Origin: Euprymna scolopes
Taxonomy: Eukaryota
Assembly: GCA_053919585.1 (NCBI GenBank)
Contig: CM132787.1
Direction: 5' to 3' (one strand)
Length of the DNA: 64,000 nucleotides
Within the stretch, counting starts at the first letter, position 1, and every line of letters starts with the position of its first letter. This document shows, in pieces, positions 52,161 through 64,000 of the stretch. A program made the position numbers and the translations under genes. The notes beneath the pieces are model-generated. The model was given only the letters and a program-made list of their open reading frames with translations. It ran no database searches and had not been told where the DNA came from.

Positions 52161-54289
52161 TTCTCGCTCCCTGAATTTTAATAAATACATTAGGTTAAAA
52201 TTGAAAGATGACTAGATAAGGATATACTACTAATTGTCTTTTGAATACCATGGACAGATGTTGGTTTGAATTGAACAGTATTTTTTATTATACATATGTG
52301 GATATACCTAACCGATTAAGGCAATCTTGCGGGTCATATGAACATCTTTTATCCACAGTAAAAAGGTGCGAATTACAGTGGAATGGCCATGTAGCGATAT
52401 CAATAACGAAATATTAACAGATTTTTTTTAAAAATTACTCATATATATTTTGCTGTTCAAGTGCAAGTTAAACCAAAAATAGCAGCCATATGTTAACGTT
52501 TGGTGCAAATCCTATTCTTTCACAATTTATTTTATTCTAATATGTGGATATATTACAATAAAAATTACTATTTCCTCCAATATTTGAAAGCGCATGATAC
52601 AACTATAGATAAGTGTATTTCAGTGCAATTTATCGTAAACTACCATGTAAAGATTTTTCGTTTCTGGATTTCCTTTTTCATTGTTCTCATCAATACAAAA
52701 GATGCATCGTATAAAATTAAACTTACACTCAGTAAAACATTCAACACACGTTTGATTTACGAAAATTTATTCGAACTCTATTATTTATCAAGGAGTCAAA
52801 ACCTACAGAATAGAACTTTTGTATTTGAATATATTTCAGATTTATTTAAACATGTTAAGAAATAAATATATTTTGGATGCTTTTCGCGTATTTCTCTTTA
52901 GTTTAATATGTATTTTATTGGTATATTGGTAAGTGTGCTGATTAGCTGACACTAGTAAAATATTAATTCGATCAGACGATACTTATTAGATCAAAATATA
53001 TGTTTAATTTTTTTCTCTCCTAAATTCACACAAAATGTTATTTTCATTACTTACAGTTACCCTAAATTTGAACCAATTTGTTCATAACATTAAAAGTTGT
53101 TTCTTTAAAGTTTTGTTAATGGGGTTGTTTGTAGCATGCAAACTTTAAAGGATCTTCTTACTCGATAGAGAAGTTCAGTACCTCGTAATTTAAAGCTTTT
53201 GTTTTTGTGACAGTAAAGATGAAAACTTGACAGACGAAAAGCAAATTTGAATTTCGCACATATCCAGTTCTTGATTCGTATATGCAAGTAATTACATGCG
53301 TGAAAATTCATGTAGATTAATCAGGAGGACAAACTGACCTCATTATACTCACTCTGTTTCGGGAAGTTCGAATGTAGTACTGCATGAAATGTATTTGAAG
53401 TTTAGATTATCGCTGTGGATTTTTATACGGTCACACGATTTAATACATAACGCAAATAAATATTGTTTTTGCCGGTCGTCCTCTAACTGCTTTTGTATTT
53501 TATATAAAGTTCCTCATGGAAAACAGAAACATACTTCAGGAAAATTTTATGTATATGAATTAAAACATATTGATTATTTTTTCTCATCAGAAGAGAAATA
53601 CTATTTTCCAGTAATGTAATAGCAATATTGTTTTTTCATGTTTGAAACAATTTTTTAAGGTTTAATTCATAAACTGTTGAGAGAAATATTCAGTAATGTT
53701 TACTAGTGTATTAAGAAATAGTAGATTAGGTAATGTATTCGTTTCTGATGAATCGGTTTCAATTGGATGGCAATTGTACAGTTATCTTAGGTAGGCAAAG
53801 AGCTGCAATATTGTTAAAAGTAAAAGCAGAATTGTTAAAGATAAAATTAAGAAGATTGCCCTTGTAATGTGTAGTATATGGTTTTCTTGTATATTATAGC
53901 ATTTTCATCTGTCTGTAAATGTAACGAGAATGCAAAGAAGTAATCATTTGAATACTAATCTATTACCGTGTGTATGAGAATTTCAGATATTCTGCTAACA
54001 TAAGGCAATATCTTACTGGTGTAACTCAAATTGGTAAACAAATTATCTATTAAATAAAAAAAATGTTAATCAGTAAAAGTCTTGCTTGGATTGTGTACAG
54101 TTGTAAGGAGTAGACTTATGGTGAGGAAGTTTAGGGTCGATGTAGATCTACCTTACTATAGACAGTAAACAATAAATAAAAAAATAAAAGTAAAAATAAA
54201 AAAGAAGACGCGACAGTCCGGAATTTATTATTATTGATATTTCAGTAAAACATCCATAGGGAGTAACATTTTTTTCGGATATATGGTTA

Positions 54290-54559
54290 ACATTCGTTAA
54301 TTCGGGCAATCCCAAATATTAAAATAACTCGAGATATATAAAACGCATTTATTTCGAAGTTGATATGGAAATATAATTATTTATGTATCTTGTCGGTCGA
54401 AACGTTTTTCTTCACATTTTGATTTCCAACTTCGCCTCAGGAGTTCGGGTTCGATCCTCATAATCACCTATCAAATCTTTTCTTTTTTATTTTTACCCCC
54501 TCCACCGGATTTTTTATTTACCTTAAAACACCCGGGCAACACCGAGTACCACCGCTAGT
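54290..54559 (+). mobile_element. Helitron-type 3' end with upstream B-box-like motif
   Basis: cccgggcaacaccgag-taccaccg-CTAGT at 54531-54559; cgggttcgatcc at 54446-54457. The 5' limit is uncertain. Confidence 0.55.
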
Positions 54560-56050
54560 CTTAAATAAAAGCGATTTCTGTGAAAAGAATTGTAATCGAA
54601 CTTCAACGCCGAAGTCGTCAGTCAGTGTCGTTTACAACTTGTCATTTACTCTTGAAAAGTATCAAGGCTAAGGTTTTCGGAAAACGTTACATCAGCGTAA
54701 TTATACGGTAATATATTGAAAGATTTATTGATTTTAGCAAATTATGCAAAATCTCTATACAAAGCGTAAATTTTATAGGATGTGTTATCGCAAATTGCAT
54801 TTAAAATTCCATCCAATATAATCAAGTTAATCTAACCCAAGATTTGAAAAATATCATGAATAGAAATGGTTTTTATTTCTAAATCGAATAATTACAATTA
54901 TGTAATTTAATCATTTATTTCATTTGAAAATTTGAATTTAAAGTTGATTTCTATTCTGGCAACTTAATTTTTGGCTTGCTTTTCTTTGAATACATTATTC
55001 GCTAAAGCTTTCGAACAGTTTTTGACCACGAATTTATGCACCTTTTTTTTTCCTTTTTGCTAATTCTAAAAGACGCGCGTCCGATTCTAAAAGCGTGTTT
55101 CGTTAATCGATTCACCTCTGAGATCCTGAATGGCGAAACAGCCACCTCTTGGATAAATAATCGCGACATCATCTGAATATATGAAACTGTAGATGTCTTG
55201 CAATATTAAATCGACGTGATATTTCAACGAGTAATATAATTCCGAACAGAAAAAATTGTGATTAGCACGACACCAGTAATTTAAAAAGGAATGAATAAAC
55301 TACAGGAAGAATGTTATTATCAGCATAGCGTTCACTTTAAAAAGTATAATGAGCAAGTTATGATTACTGGGATCTTTGCGTGCACATGTTTATTCAGGAT
55401 TTAAGAGTCATTGTTTTTTGTTTCGGTTTTCCAGCTGATCTTCGACTAGAGAACATTATTCACAAATACTTTCATTTCCTTATTGTGATCGTTTTATGTT
55501 ATTTCCAATAATGCTCCTATCTGCGTGGCAAGTATGCGCATTAGTTTAAAAAATAATTGCTTGTGTTGATTGCATTACTAGAAGAAAATTTCTGGCTTTA
55601 AGGTTGCTATAGGACTCCATGAAACAAATGCCATTATAATATCCATAACATATTTGAAGTGTAAAATATCACATTTCCCATTATTTTTTTTCATTTTCAT
55701 ATATGGACACCTATATACAATATTGAAACAAATAAAAAAATATGTATAAACGTACGGATAACATCTGATAAATAAGTAATATTTTTTCAATGAAAGAACA
55801 AAAATGATCAAATATTGAAAATAAATTAGTTTATAAATAATATTTTTATGTTAATTATAAGAAATATTATTTAAAAATTAATACTAATATGTGCATAACT
55901 TTCCCAAGTAATTTACCCTGAAACGCGACATAATTTTTAAGTTGTCTATATATTGTTCTGTACTCTTCGTAATGAATTATATATTTGATAATTTTGCATC
56001 TGGAATATGTATTCAACAATCTCCTTATCTTAACATACCCAATACTTATC

Positions 56051-58516
56051 ACAAAAACTGGGTGAGATTCTCTATTCACACAGATGCAGCGGGCAGCGGA
56101 ACTGATAGCTTCTCTATATCTCGTTCCCTATCACAAATTGCCACTTTTCACACCCATTTCCCTGATCAGGAAGAACAAGACGCATCACGTTTACATCTGT
56201 TTTTGACAACAGTTCCTGATGCTTGTATAACGAAAGCCGGCAGCCCATTTGGGAACGCTGATCATGCAGTGATAATGGTTGAAATCGCCCTAAACTCTAG
56301 ACCCAAAACTGAAGAGCCAGTGCTCAAAACAACGAGATATTATAAAAATGCTGACTGGGAAGCCATCAGAGATCTTATCAGAGACGCCCCATGGAGAAAT
56401 ATTTTTCTCTTCCTGCTGAACAGTGTGCAAACGAGACCACTGAATGGTTCAAAATTGCAATCGAAGCGCATGTTCCCATGCGGAAATTCTATAGCAAGCC
56501 CCACTCTCCCCAATGGTTTACTTCGATTTGCGAAACTGCCGTTGCTAAAAGGCAGCATGCATTCCGCAGGTTTAACCGATATAAGTCCACTTCAAAGAGA
56601 CAGAAGTACATAGAAGCTAGAAGTAACGTTAAGAAAGAAATAGCGACAGCTAAGAGGGAATTTACGGAAACCACTAAAAAACGCATCGAAGCACAAAAAC
56701 TAGGAACTCGTGACTTCTGGAAAATCTACAACAGTGTAGTAAATAATGGGCAATCAAAAATTCCCCCACTAACCAAAAATCACGAAGTTGTTTGCTCAGC
56801 AACCGAAAAGGCTCACATGTTTGCCAGTCGGTTTGCCTCAAACTCCACACTAGACCCTTCCAATCACCCCCTACCTCAATTTCCTATGCGGACAGATACT
56901 ACGCAAGACGATCTGAAAATCACCCCTGCTCAGGTGCATGCTATCATAAAAAACCTTGACACTTCAAAAGCATGTAGACCCGACCTCATCCCAGCTGTGC
57001 TATTAAAAAAGTGCTCAGCCGAAGTAGTTCTCTCCAAACCCTACAACAAATAACTTAATGAATCTTGCGTTCCGGGCTGTTGGAAAACTGCTTCCGTTGT
57101 ACCAGTATTCAAGAATTCTGGCGAAAGAACTGCCCCATTAAATTATCGCCCTATTAGCCTCCTCCCACTTTTTTCCAAAATATTTGAGACCTTAATTAAC
57201 CATGCTCAAGTCCAGCACCTTACAGATGCTAAACTTCTGACCGACCAACAATATGGATTTAGACAAGCCCGTTCCACAGCAGACATCCTCTGTAATCTCT
57301 GAACGCATATACCATTCACTGGACAAAGCGGGAGAGGGAAGAGCGGTAGCTCTAGATATATCTAAGGATTTTGACAGGGTATGGAATGAGGGTCTCCTCA
57401 GGAATATTAGATCTTACGGTATCACTGGTAGAATACTTAACATAATTAAATCCTTCTTAGATAAGAGAAAAATCCAGGTTGTCCTCGACAATCGTACATC
57501 TAAACAATATGATATAAATGCGGGAGTGCCCCAGGGATCTATCCTTGGACCTCTACTGTTCCTGATATTCATAAATGACCTCCCCGACAAAATTGCCTCT
57601 GAGATGGGTATATATGCTGATGACACCGCACTCTATAGCAGGCACGACAGGAAAACAAATGAACATATATCTAAAGTAATGGCAGAAACACTAGAGGATG
57701 ACCTCCAATCTGTAGTGGAATGGGGACAAAAATGGATGGTCACGTTCAATGCTGCCAAGACTAAACTGGTTTCATTCAATAATTACAAGAAACCTTCTCT
57801 ACCACCAATAGCAATGGCAAACGACTCTTTTTCTGAGAATACGTCCTTCAAGCTCCTTAGTCTAACGTTCACAGGAAACATGAGCTGGAACAATTACATC
57901 GAGGGCATTACCAGGGCTGCTGCAAGGAAGGTGGGCTCTCTCTACCGTGCTACAAAACTTCTAACACCCGAAAGTATCCTGTACCTCTATAAGGCCACCA
58001 TTCGCCCATATATGGAGTATTGCTGTCATATTTGGGCTGGTGCGTCGGCTACTAGTCTCTCGCTCCTTGACAGGGTTCAAAAGAGAGTCGCAAATCTGAT
58101 GGGCCCTAAACTGGCATCTAAGCTTCAGACTCTGTCCCATCGACGAAACGTTGCCTCTCTCTGTCTTTTCTACAAGTATTTTAATGGTGAATGCTCTGAT
58201 GAACTGCAAGCACTTGTGCCCCCACGACGTGAGCACCCTCGACAGACCGACAAGCTGCAAAATCCCACCCCCACACTGTAGAGATCCCTAGATGTAAAAA
58301 GATCTTTCTACTCCGGTAGTTTCTTCCCCAGCACCGCTAGACTTTGGAATTCCATTCCAGGTCAATGCTTCCCCAACTGTACTGACATACATAAGTTCAA
58401 GTGCAATGTGAACCAACATCTTGCTGCCCGAATCCCTACATAGTACCCAGTAGTTGTTACCCCTGATAGTAGTCCCCTACACCAAAGTGGCAATGTGTCG
58501 TGTTTGGAGTGAAAAT

Positions 58517-58556
<40 letters not shown>
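56051..58556 (+). mobile_element. CR1-clade (Zenon-like) LINE, 5'-truncated, EN-RT pseudo-ORF with (TAA)n tail
   Basis: End of APE domain (LFLTT..GNADHAVI), NYRPISLL, QYGFR, ALDISKDFDRVW, GVPQGSILGPLLFLIFINDL, IYADD, YLYKATIRPYMEYCCHIW, HRRNVASL. Few frameshifts or stops. (TAA)n tail at 58518-58553. Candidate TSD acttatc at 56044-56050 and 58557-58563. Confidence 0.93.
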
Positions 58557-58557
<1 letters not shown>

Positions 58558-59340
58558 CTTATCCGGATTTAAATGCCTCCAGTGTTTAAATACTCTCACG
58601 GGGGTTATTCAGGATGTAAACACACGAATGTAGCTCTCAATTACTCGAAGATTATGTTAATGGTGTGCGCTTATTGTGAAATAATGAGACAACTGTCTCC
58701 GTTTTTTAATGTCCTATATATCATAGTTATTATCATCTCTTTCCTATTTAATGGTGGACAAAGATCTGTATGAGTAAATGCCCATTTTTCCAATATATAC
58801 GAATAAATGTACAAACAGATTTTATCATATCTCACTTATACTAGCGCTAAATTATTGTGTTATTTAGTTTAAAAACTTAGCTCATGCACGTTTACAAAAT
58901 TATGAATTCTAATTAGCTTGGAATATTAAAACATCACTTTAATGACATTTTTTTCAATTGTGCCTTTCTTAGTTTAAAACCAAATAAAATCATTTGCACA
59001 CACTAACATAATGTCAATTTAGAAATGATCTTACTAAAAAACTCCGGACCAGATGCGATATTCCGAGTACTTACAAGTCAATATATTATGCTATTCAATT
59101 TAATTTATTTAATTTTTCCTCATCTACCCCGGTATCCAGGTTGTCTGAAAACAGTAACTTCCTGACTAAAATGCACTGCACATTAATGTTTTTGTGTTTC
59201 CTTTTTTTTCTTTTTTCTTTTTTTTTTGAAAAACTCATCCATATACAAGAAATACGGATACCTTGAAACAAAAACATATACCCATTTCTCCCTTGTGTTC
59301 TATTATGTCCTACTCTTTTCTGTCTCCCTTTATTAATGTA

Positions 59341-60734
59341 GCCCTGACAGGAAGCATTAGAATACGCCGCCTACCCCGCTGCAGATGGTAAAAGTCCTGT
59401 AATGAGTCCATCTGTTGGCCGTGGATGGCGACTCGTGATGCATTAGGACGAAATTATGGCAAATAAAGGACTTGTAGGTCAGAATTTAGCACGCCCTTTC
59501 CCAACACACTACTTTATTTCGTAACTGCGTTTAACTGTCTGTTGGAGAAATCCGCTCCGATAAATCACTTAGTCACACCAAGCTCTAATACTAACTTTAA
59601 AAAAACCCTACTCCAGAAAACATAAGCAATCAGCAACCTCTAAAAATGGTCTGACTCAATCAGAAAGAAAAGATAGAGCATAATTAAGTACCAAAAGGTC
59701 AATCAGCCTTGTATGGAACAACTGCTACAGGAATAGATTATAACTGAAGTGTTCATCAAAAATCGGTCAGGAAATCAAGGAGGAACCTGAAATAATAGCA
59801 ATCCCTCACTAGTGTGAGTATACCTTCCTTGTATGTCTGGGATGATTCTGCGAAGGAATTTTCACCCTTGCATCTCCGACAAATGGGCTCCGACCCGCGT
59901 GGGGAATAATGAAGATAAAATATAAACAAAAGTTTATCCATCGCAACCAACAAAAACAAAAGCTCTCATATTGAATCCAGCCCAGTGCGCTAATCCACAG
60001 ACTCCAAATCAGAAGAAGATAACAAAATCAACGATAAAATATTCCCAATATCTCATTACCCCAATTCAGAATTGATGAACGATTAGATCAATAACAAAAA
60101 ACGCAGTAATTAAAAAAAGACTAAAAAAAAAAACGCACCCATTATAGAAGTTCTCCAAAGAATTCTCAACAACTTCACTTCTAAACCATATACAAAACCT
60201 TAAACTAAATGCTTATTTGCACGCAACTTTGAACTCCTGAAAGGACATGATAAAAATCCTAGAACTTTCACTTTGCCCGCCTGATTAAATTAAAAGTAAT
60301 TAAAGGAACAAGGAACCATCGATACCCAAAGAATAAAAAGCAAGTGCATGATTTCATCGAACAACTACATCCTAATCTTCAATGTCCCCAAACCTCTTAC
60401 TGAAATTAACAAAAAAAAACCCGGATATTTAAAAGAAAAAGTAAAATTTTATATACCGAATCCTTTTACGATGTCAAAACTGCCATAAATGTGGCCATCA
60501 CAAAGACATATTCACCAGACTACTAATATGCAAAAACTGTTGTAAATGGGAGAACATAATAATTGCGAAATGCAATTAAAATGCGCAAACTATAAAATAA
60601 GAAGACGCAGCTGGCTCAAAAGAATGAAGTTTAGAAGAAAGAGAAACACATAATTGCAATCATCAAATGCACCAAAAATACACAAACATACCCGGTAACA
60701 ATAAGATTAGTTGAGAGCACACCAGACTCACCAA

Positions 60735-60771
<37 letters not shown>

Positions 60772-63745
60772 CCCTATTTAAAGACGATTAACGGCACAAA
60801 ACAATCTGGTTGAATCGATAAAAAATTAAAATTTCTAGTAACAACATTATTTAGAAAATTGTAGCATATAAACTTAACTGGACCTTAAGAAAAATCCCTA
60901 ATGGCAGAATAATGAAACTAAAATATGTGAAAAAATTAATTTCCAGCAAAGAATCAATGACCGCTCGGATCGAGAAGGGAGCAATGCACTTACCTTAGGT
61001 TGCGAAAGAATTGCCCCCTTCCTCGACGTAACCGTCTTGTAGTATTTTCTGCCAGCCGAAAGTGGAAAAGATTTACCTTCAATCGCCGGCAACCGAATCA
61101 ATTTGTTGTGAAAAAAAGAGCAAAAAGACAAGGGAATCCCCCTTCTTATATAATGGAATGGTCAGATGATTAACTATCACGTGATCCGGAGCACAAAAAA
61201 AACTTTAAAAGGGTGGATAACAACAACAATTCTTCTTTGTTAGTATTCAAGGTAAGTGCATGCCGATCCTTCTCTTCTCGAGCAATCATTAATCCTTTTT
61301 TTTTCACAAATACTACAAACAAAAAAAAACAGCAAACGCCAAGCTTAGTCAATACTACTATCAACCCAAGGGTATTTGACCCACCAAACAAACACCCCGA
61401 ATGAAAATCAACATAAGAAACATAAAATCGAAATTGTACTGCTTGAGGACGAAAACAAATGCGAACTCTTCGAACCCAAGAGCGAAGAAAATGCCGAAGA
61501 CAGAAAGAATCAGAAAGCTCAAATAAAAACAAACCAGAAAGCTTGGAGATCGAACCGGCACAACTAAAGACCAATTTCATTAACTAGCTGCGTATGCAAG
61601 ATGTGGGAAAAATAATAGTAAATGACAAATTGGTTTGGTATCTCGAATTCAAGAACTTTATTTCAAGCCTACCACATGGATCAGTAATAAGCGAAGCACA
61701 AGGATCACCTACTTCGACTAGAATAAAGCGATAAAAGAAGTATTTATCAGAAATGAGCACCTATCAGCAATCGTTTTCGTCCTAGAGTAAACCTACGATA
61801 TTACATGGGAATATGGAAATTTTTAATGTAGACTAACATAATTTATAAAAAAAATTCTTATCTGACGAAAATTCAGGGTCCACATTGATCCGCTTACTCA
61901 GACATCACAAACCAGGGAGATGGAATCCCTCAAAGTAGCATATAACCCGTGTCACAATTTCAATGTTAAAATGTACAGCATAGTGAAATGTTTGGACCCT
62001 GGCGTTGGGGGATCTTATTTGCATATTACCTGCAAAATTAACAAAACTTTTGGTGCAGATAACAAAATTGCAAGATTTGTGGTGCAGATAACATTATCAA
62101 TTATTCCCCCACTCTTTATCTGTGCCTAAACCTAAACATAGATTCCATGAACAGAGCTTCTTTCTTAGAACTGCACGCCTGTAGAATTGTCTTCCGTTTT
62201 CCTACTTTCCGGCTTGCTACAATATGGTTGTCTTCAAGTCTAACGTAAATAAGTTCTTGATGAACCGTTCCATATAAGTTATCAAGTTTACCGAATTTTT
62301 ATTACTAATGATTACTATATTGTCCAATTTCTACTGTACACTCTTTAACATTTATCTTTGAGTGGCCTCTTGGCCTTGATAATGTGGTGCTGCCTGTGTA
62401 ATAAACAAAACAATGACCTTCTGGTGTATTGCAAATATAAGTATATGCACACCAATGCTCACAAACTCCAACAATGCTTAAATAAATTAGACAAACGGGT
62501 AATGAATACTGGATATATATTTTCCAAATCAAAAAGCAGATGCATTCATTTATGTTGCAAGAGAAAACTTCACAATGACCCTACACTGGATCTCGGAATG
62601 GCAGTAATCCCCACTGTTAAAAGACACATATTTCCGGGACAAATATTTCAATAAAATAATGACATTAATCTCCACGTGAGAAACCTAAGAAATACTCAAT
62701 TAGAAAACTGAAACTACTACGTGTAATAGCCCACACCAAGTGGGGAGCCGATCAATAATGGAAATGATGTTATATAGGACTCGATTAGATCAAAACTATA
62801 TTACGGTAATTGTATATTCCAATCAGCCAGAAAATCCTGCCTAACAAACTTTAGACCCAATCTGCCATGGAGGTCTGATCTTCGGACAGAGTGCTTATAG
62901 AACACCAACAGTTGAAAGTCCTTATGCAGTAGCTAATGAAATCTCTGTAAATATAAGTCACAAACTGGGTGATTATACTATACTAATTAAAAGCACATTG
63001 AAGTAATCCGGCATACGAAGCTCCATTCAATGCATGAAGTCATTCGAAGCGAAAAGAAGGTCATAAAGCGCTTTGTTCTTAAAATGAAAACAATACTACA
63101 GGAATCAAAAATGGTTCCAGAAAATATCCAAGACTCATACTGAATGAAACTGGACCTTCGATTCTAAAAAAAAAAAAAAGTAATACTTAAATTAAATGAA
63201 CTCACAAAACGGAAAACCCGCCCTCATACCTAACACGAGAAAGCCTGCAATATCCCCGGAAATCCCGTGACACATTTTCAGTGACGGCTTCTTAGACCAC
63301 AGTAGAGTAACGTGCGCTGCTGAATCGAATGAAAAAACTCTAAAAGAAAAGCCCTTCCGATAGAAACAATATTTTTGTTACTGCCGAAACATGTACTATG
63401 TACCTAGCTCTCAACATTTTATGAAAAAATAAAGAAAATCCAATTACATTCAGATTCACTTCCTGTTCTAACATTACTGAATACGAAATAACTCCAAAAC
63501 CCTCTAATCATCAAACTACTAAACAAAATTGGCCCATTAGCGTAACATAAAAAAAGTATCCCAAGCAACATCTGAATAAAAGGAAATGGACAAGCCGATT
63601 TTGCCGCTAAATCAGCATTAAACCTGAAACCCGAATCAATAAAGATGCCCTATATTGACTTTAAACCTCAAGCAATCAATTATTTTATCCAGCACCAACG
63701 GAACAGAAACATCAATAACACATTCTACCAAATTATATCTAATTA
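59341..63745 (+). mobile_element. Decayed I/Nimb-like LINE (5' UTR, gag-like ORF1, ORF2 with RNase H) with nested insertions
   Basis: ORF1 zinc-knuckle relic YIPNP.RCQNCHKCGHHKD...CKNC...KCAN (~60440-60630). RT-adjacent GYIFSKSKSRCIHLC.KRKLHNDP (62510-62650). RNase H relics IFSDG, TAE, SDS and IPSNI*IKGNGQADFAAKSAL (63270-63620). The 5' boundary is inferred. Confidence 0.75.
62030..62275 (+). mobile_element. CR1/Zenon-like LINE 3' fragment (different family), nested in the I/Nimb-like element
   Basis: PHSLSVPKPKHRFHEQSFFLRTARL*NCLPFSYFPACYNMVVFKSNVNKFL resembles the SFFPRTxxLWNxLP...FKxxVN C-terminus. Confidence 0.65.
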
Positions 63746-63759
63746 TATCTGGACAAAAA

Positions 63760-64000
63760 TCGGAGGCCTGCAATATAAATGCTGGAGTCCCTCAGGGGTC
63801 AATCCTGGCCGCAACTCTCTTCCTGATCTACATCAATGACCTCCCTAAACACATACTTAAATCATTCGTTGACATCTATGCTGATGACACGACCATCTAC
63901 GGCAACCCATCAAAGGCTGTAAATGACAAAGTTCTCTCTGATTCTCTCTCCTCTGATCTCGAGCGTGTGGTTCAGTGGGGGAAGATGTGGTGGTTACCTT
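63760..64000 (+). mobile_element. CR1-like LINE RT fragment continuing beyond the window
   Basis: INAGVPQGSILAATLFLIYINDLPKHILKSFVDIYADDTTIY...LSSDLERVVQWGKMW. Confidence 0.85.

Noticed and set aside
52500-52865. 121-aa ORF as a host gene
   Set aside because: AT-rich, no ATG start, no recognisable motif or splice context.
55942-58281. Intact reverse-transcriptase gene or novel RT system
   Set aside because: Ordinary 5'-truncated LINE ORF2 broken by frameshifts and a stop, with a simple-repeat tail.

Overview
AT-rich eukaryotic (metazoan invertebrate) genomic DNA with two assembly gaps (23318-23790; 44579-45015) and many (TA)n tracts. The repeat repertoire is compatible with a mollusc or cephalopod-like host, but that is inference only. 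I recognise no intact host gene, rRNA, true tRNA gene or CRISPR array; the window is mostly nested, decayed transposons. DNA transposons: an internally deleted Academ-type element with ~430-bp TIRs (31601-35730), a DD37D/maT element (40337-41627), a mariner (48995-50240), further Tc1/mariner relics, two small MITEs, and Helitron coding relics and termini. Retroelements: several CR1/Zenon-like LINE copies of different ages (best 56051-58556), RTE, R4/Dong-like, I/Nimb-like and Penelope-like relics, and tRNA-derived SINE heads. There is also a 60-bp tandem array (4851-6121). The most interesting signals are a tRNA-like Pol III head fused directly to a hammerhead-ribozyme-like fold (38209-38350) plus three more hammerhead-like motifs, a perfect TGT...ACA MITE with a 5-bp TSD (26677-26857), the Academ derivative lacking its transposase core with an empty-site paralogue in the same window, and higher-order structure in the 60-bp array. 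All family assignments come from motif recognition by eye, not database searches.
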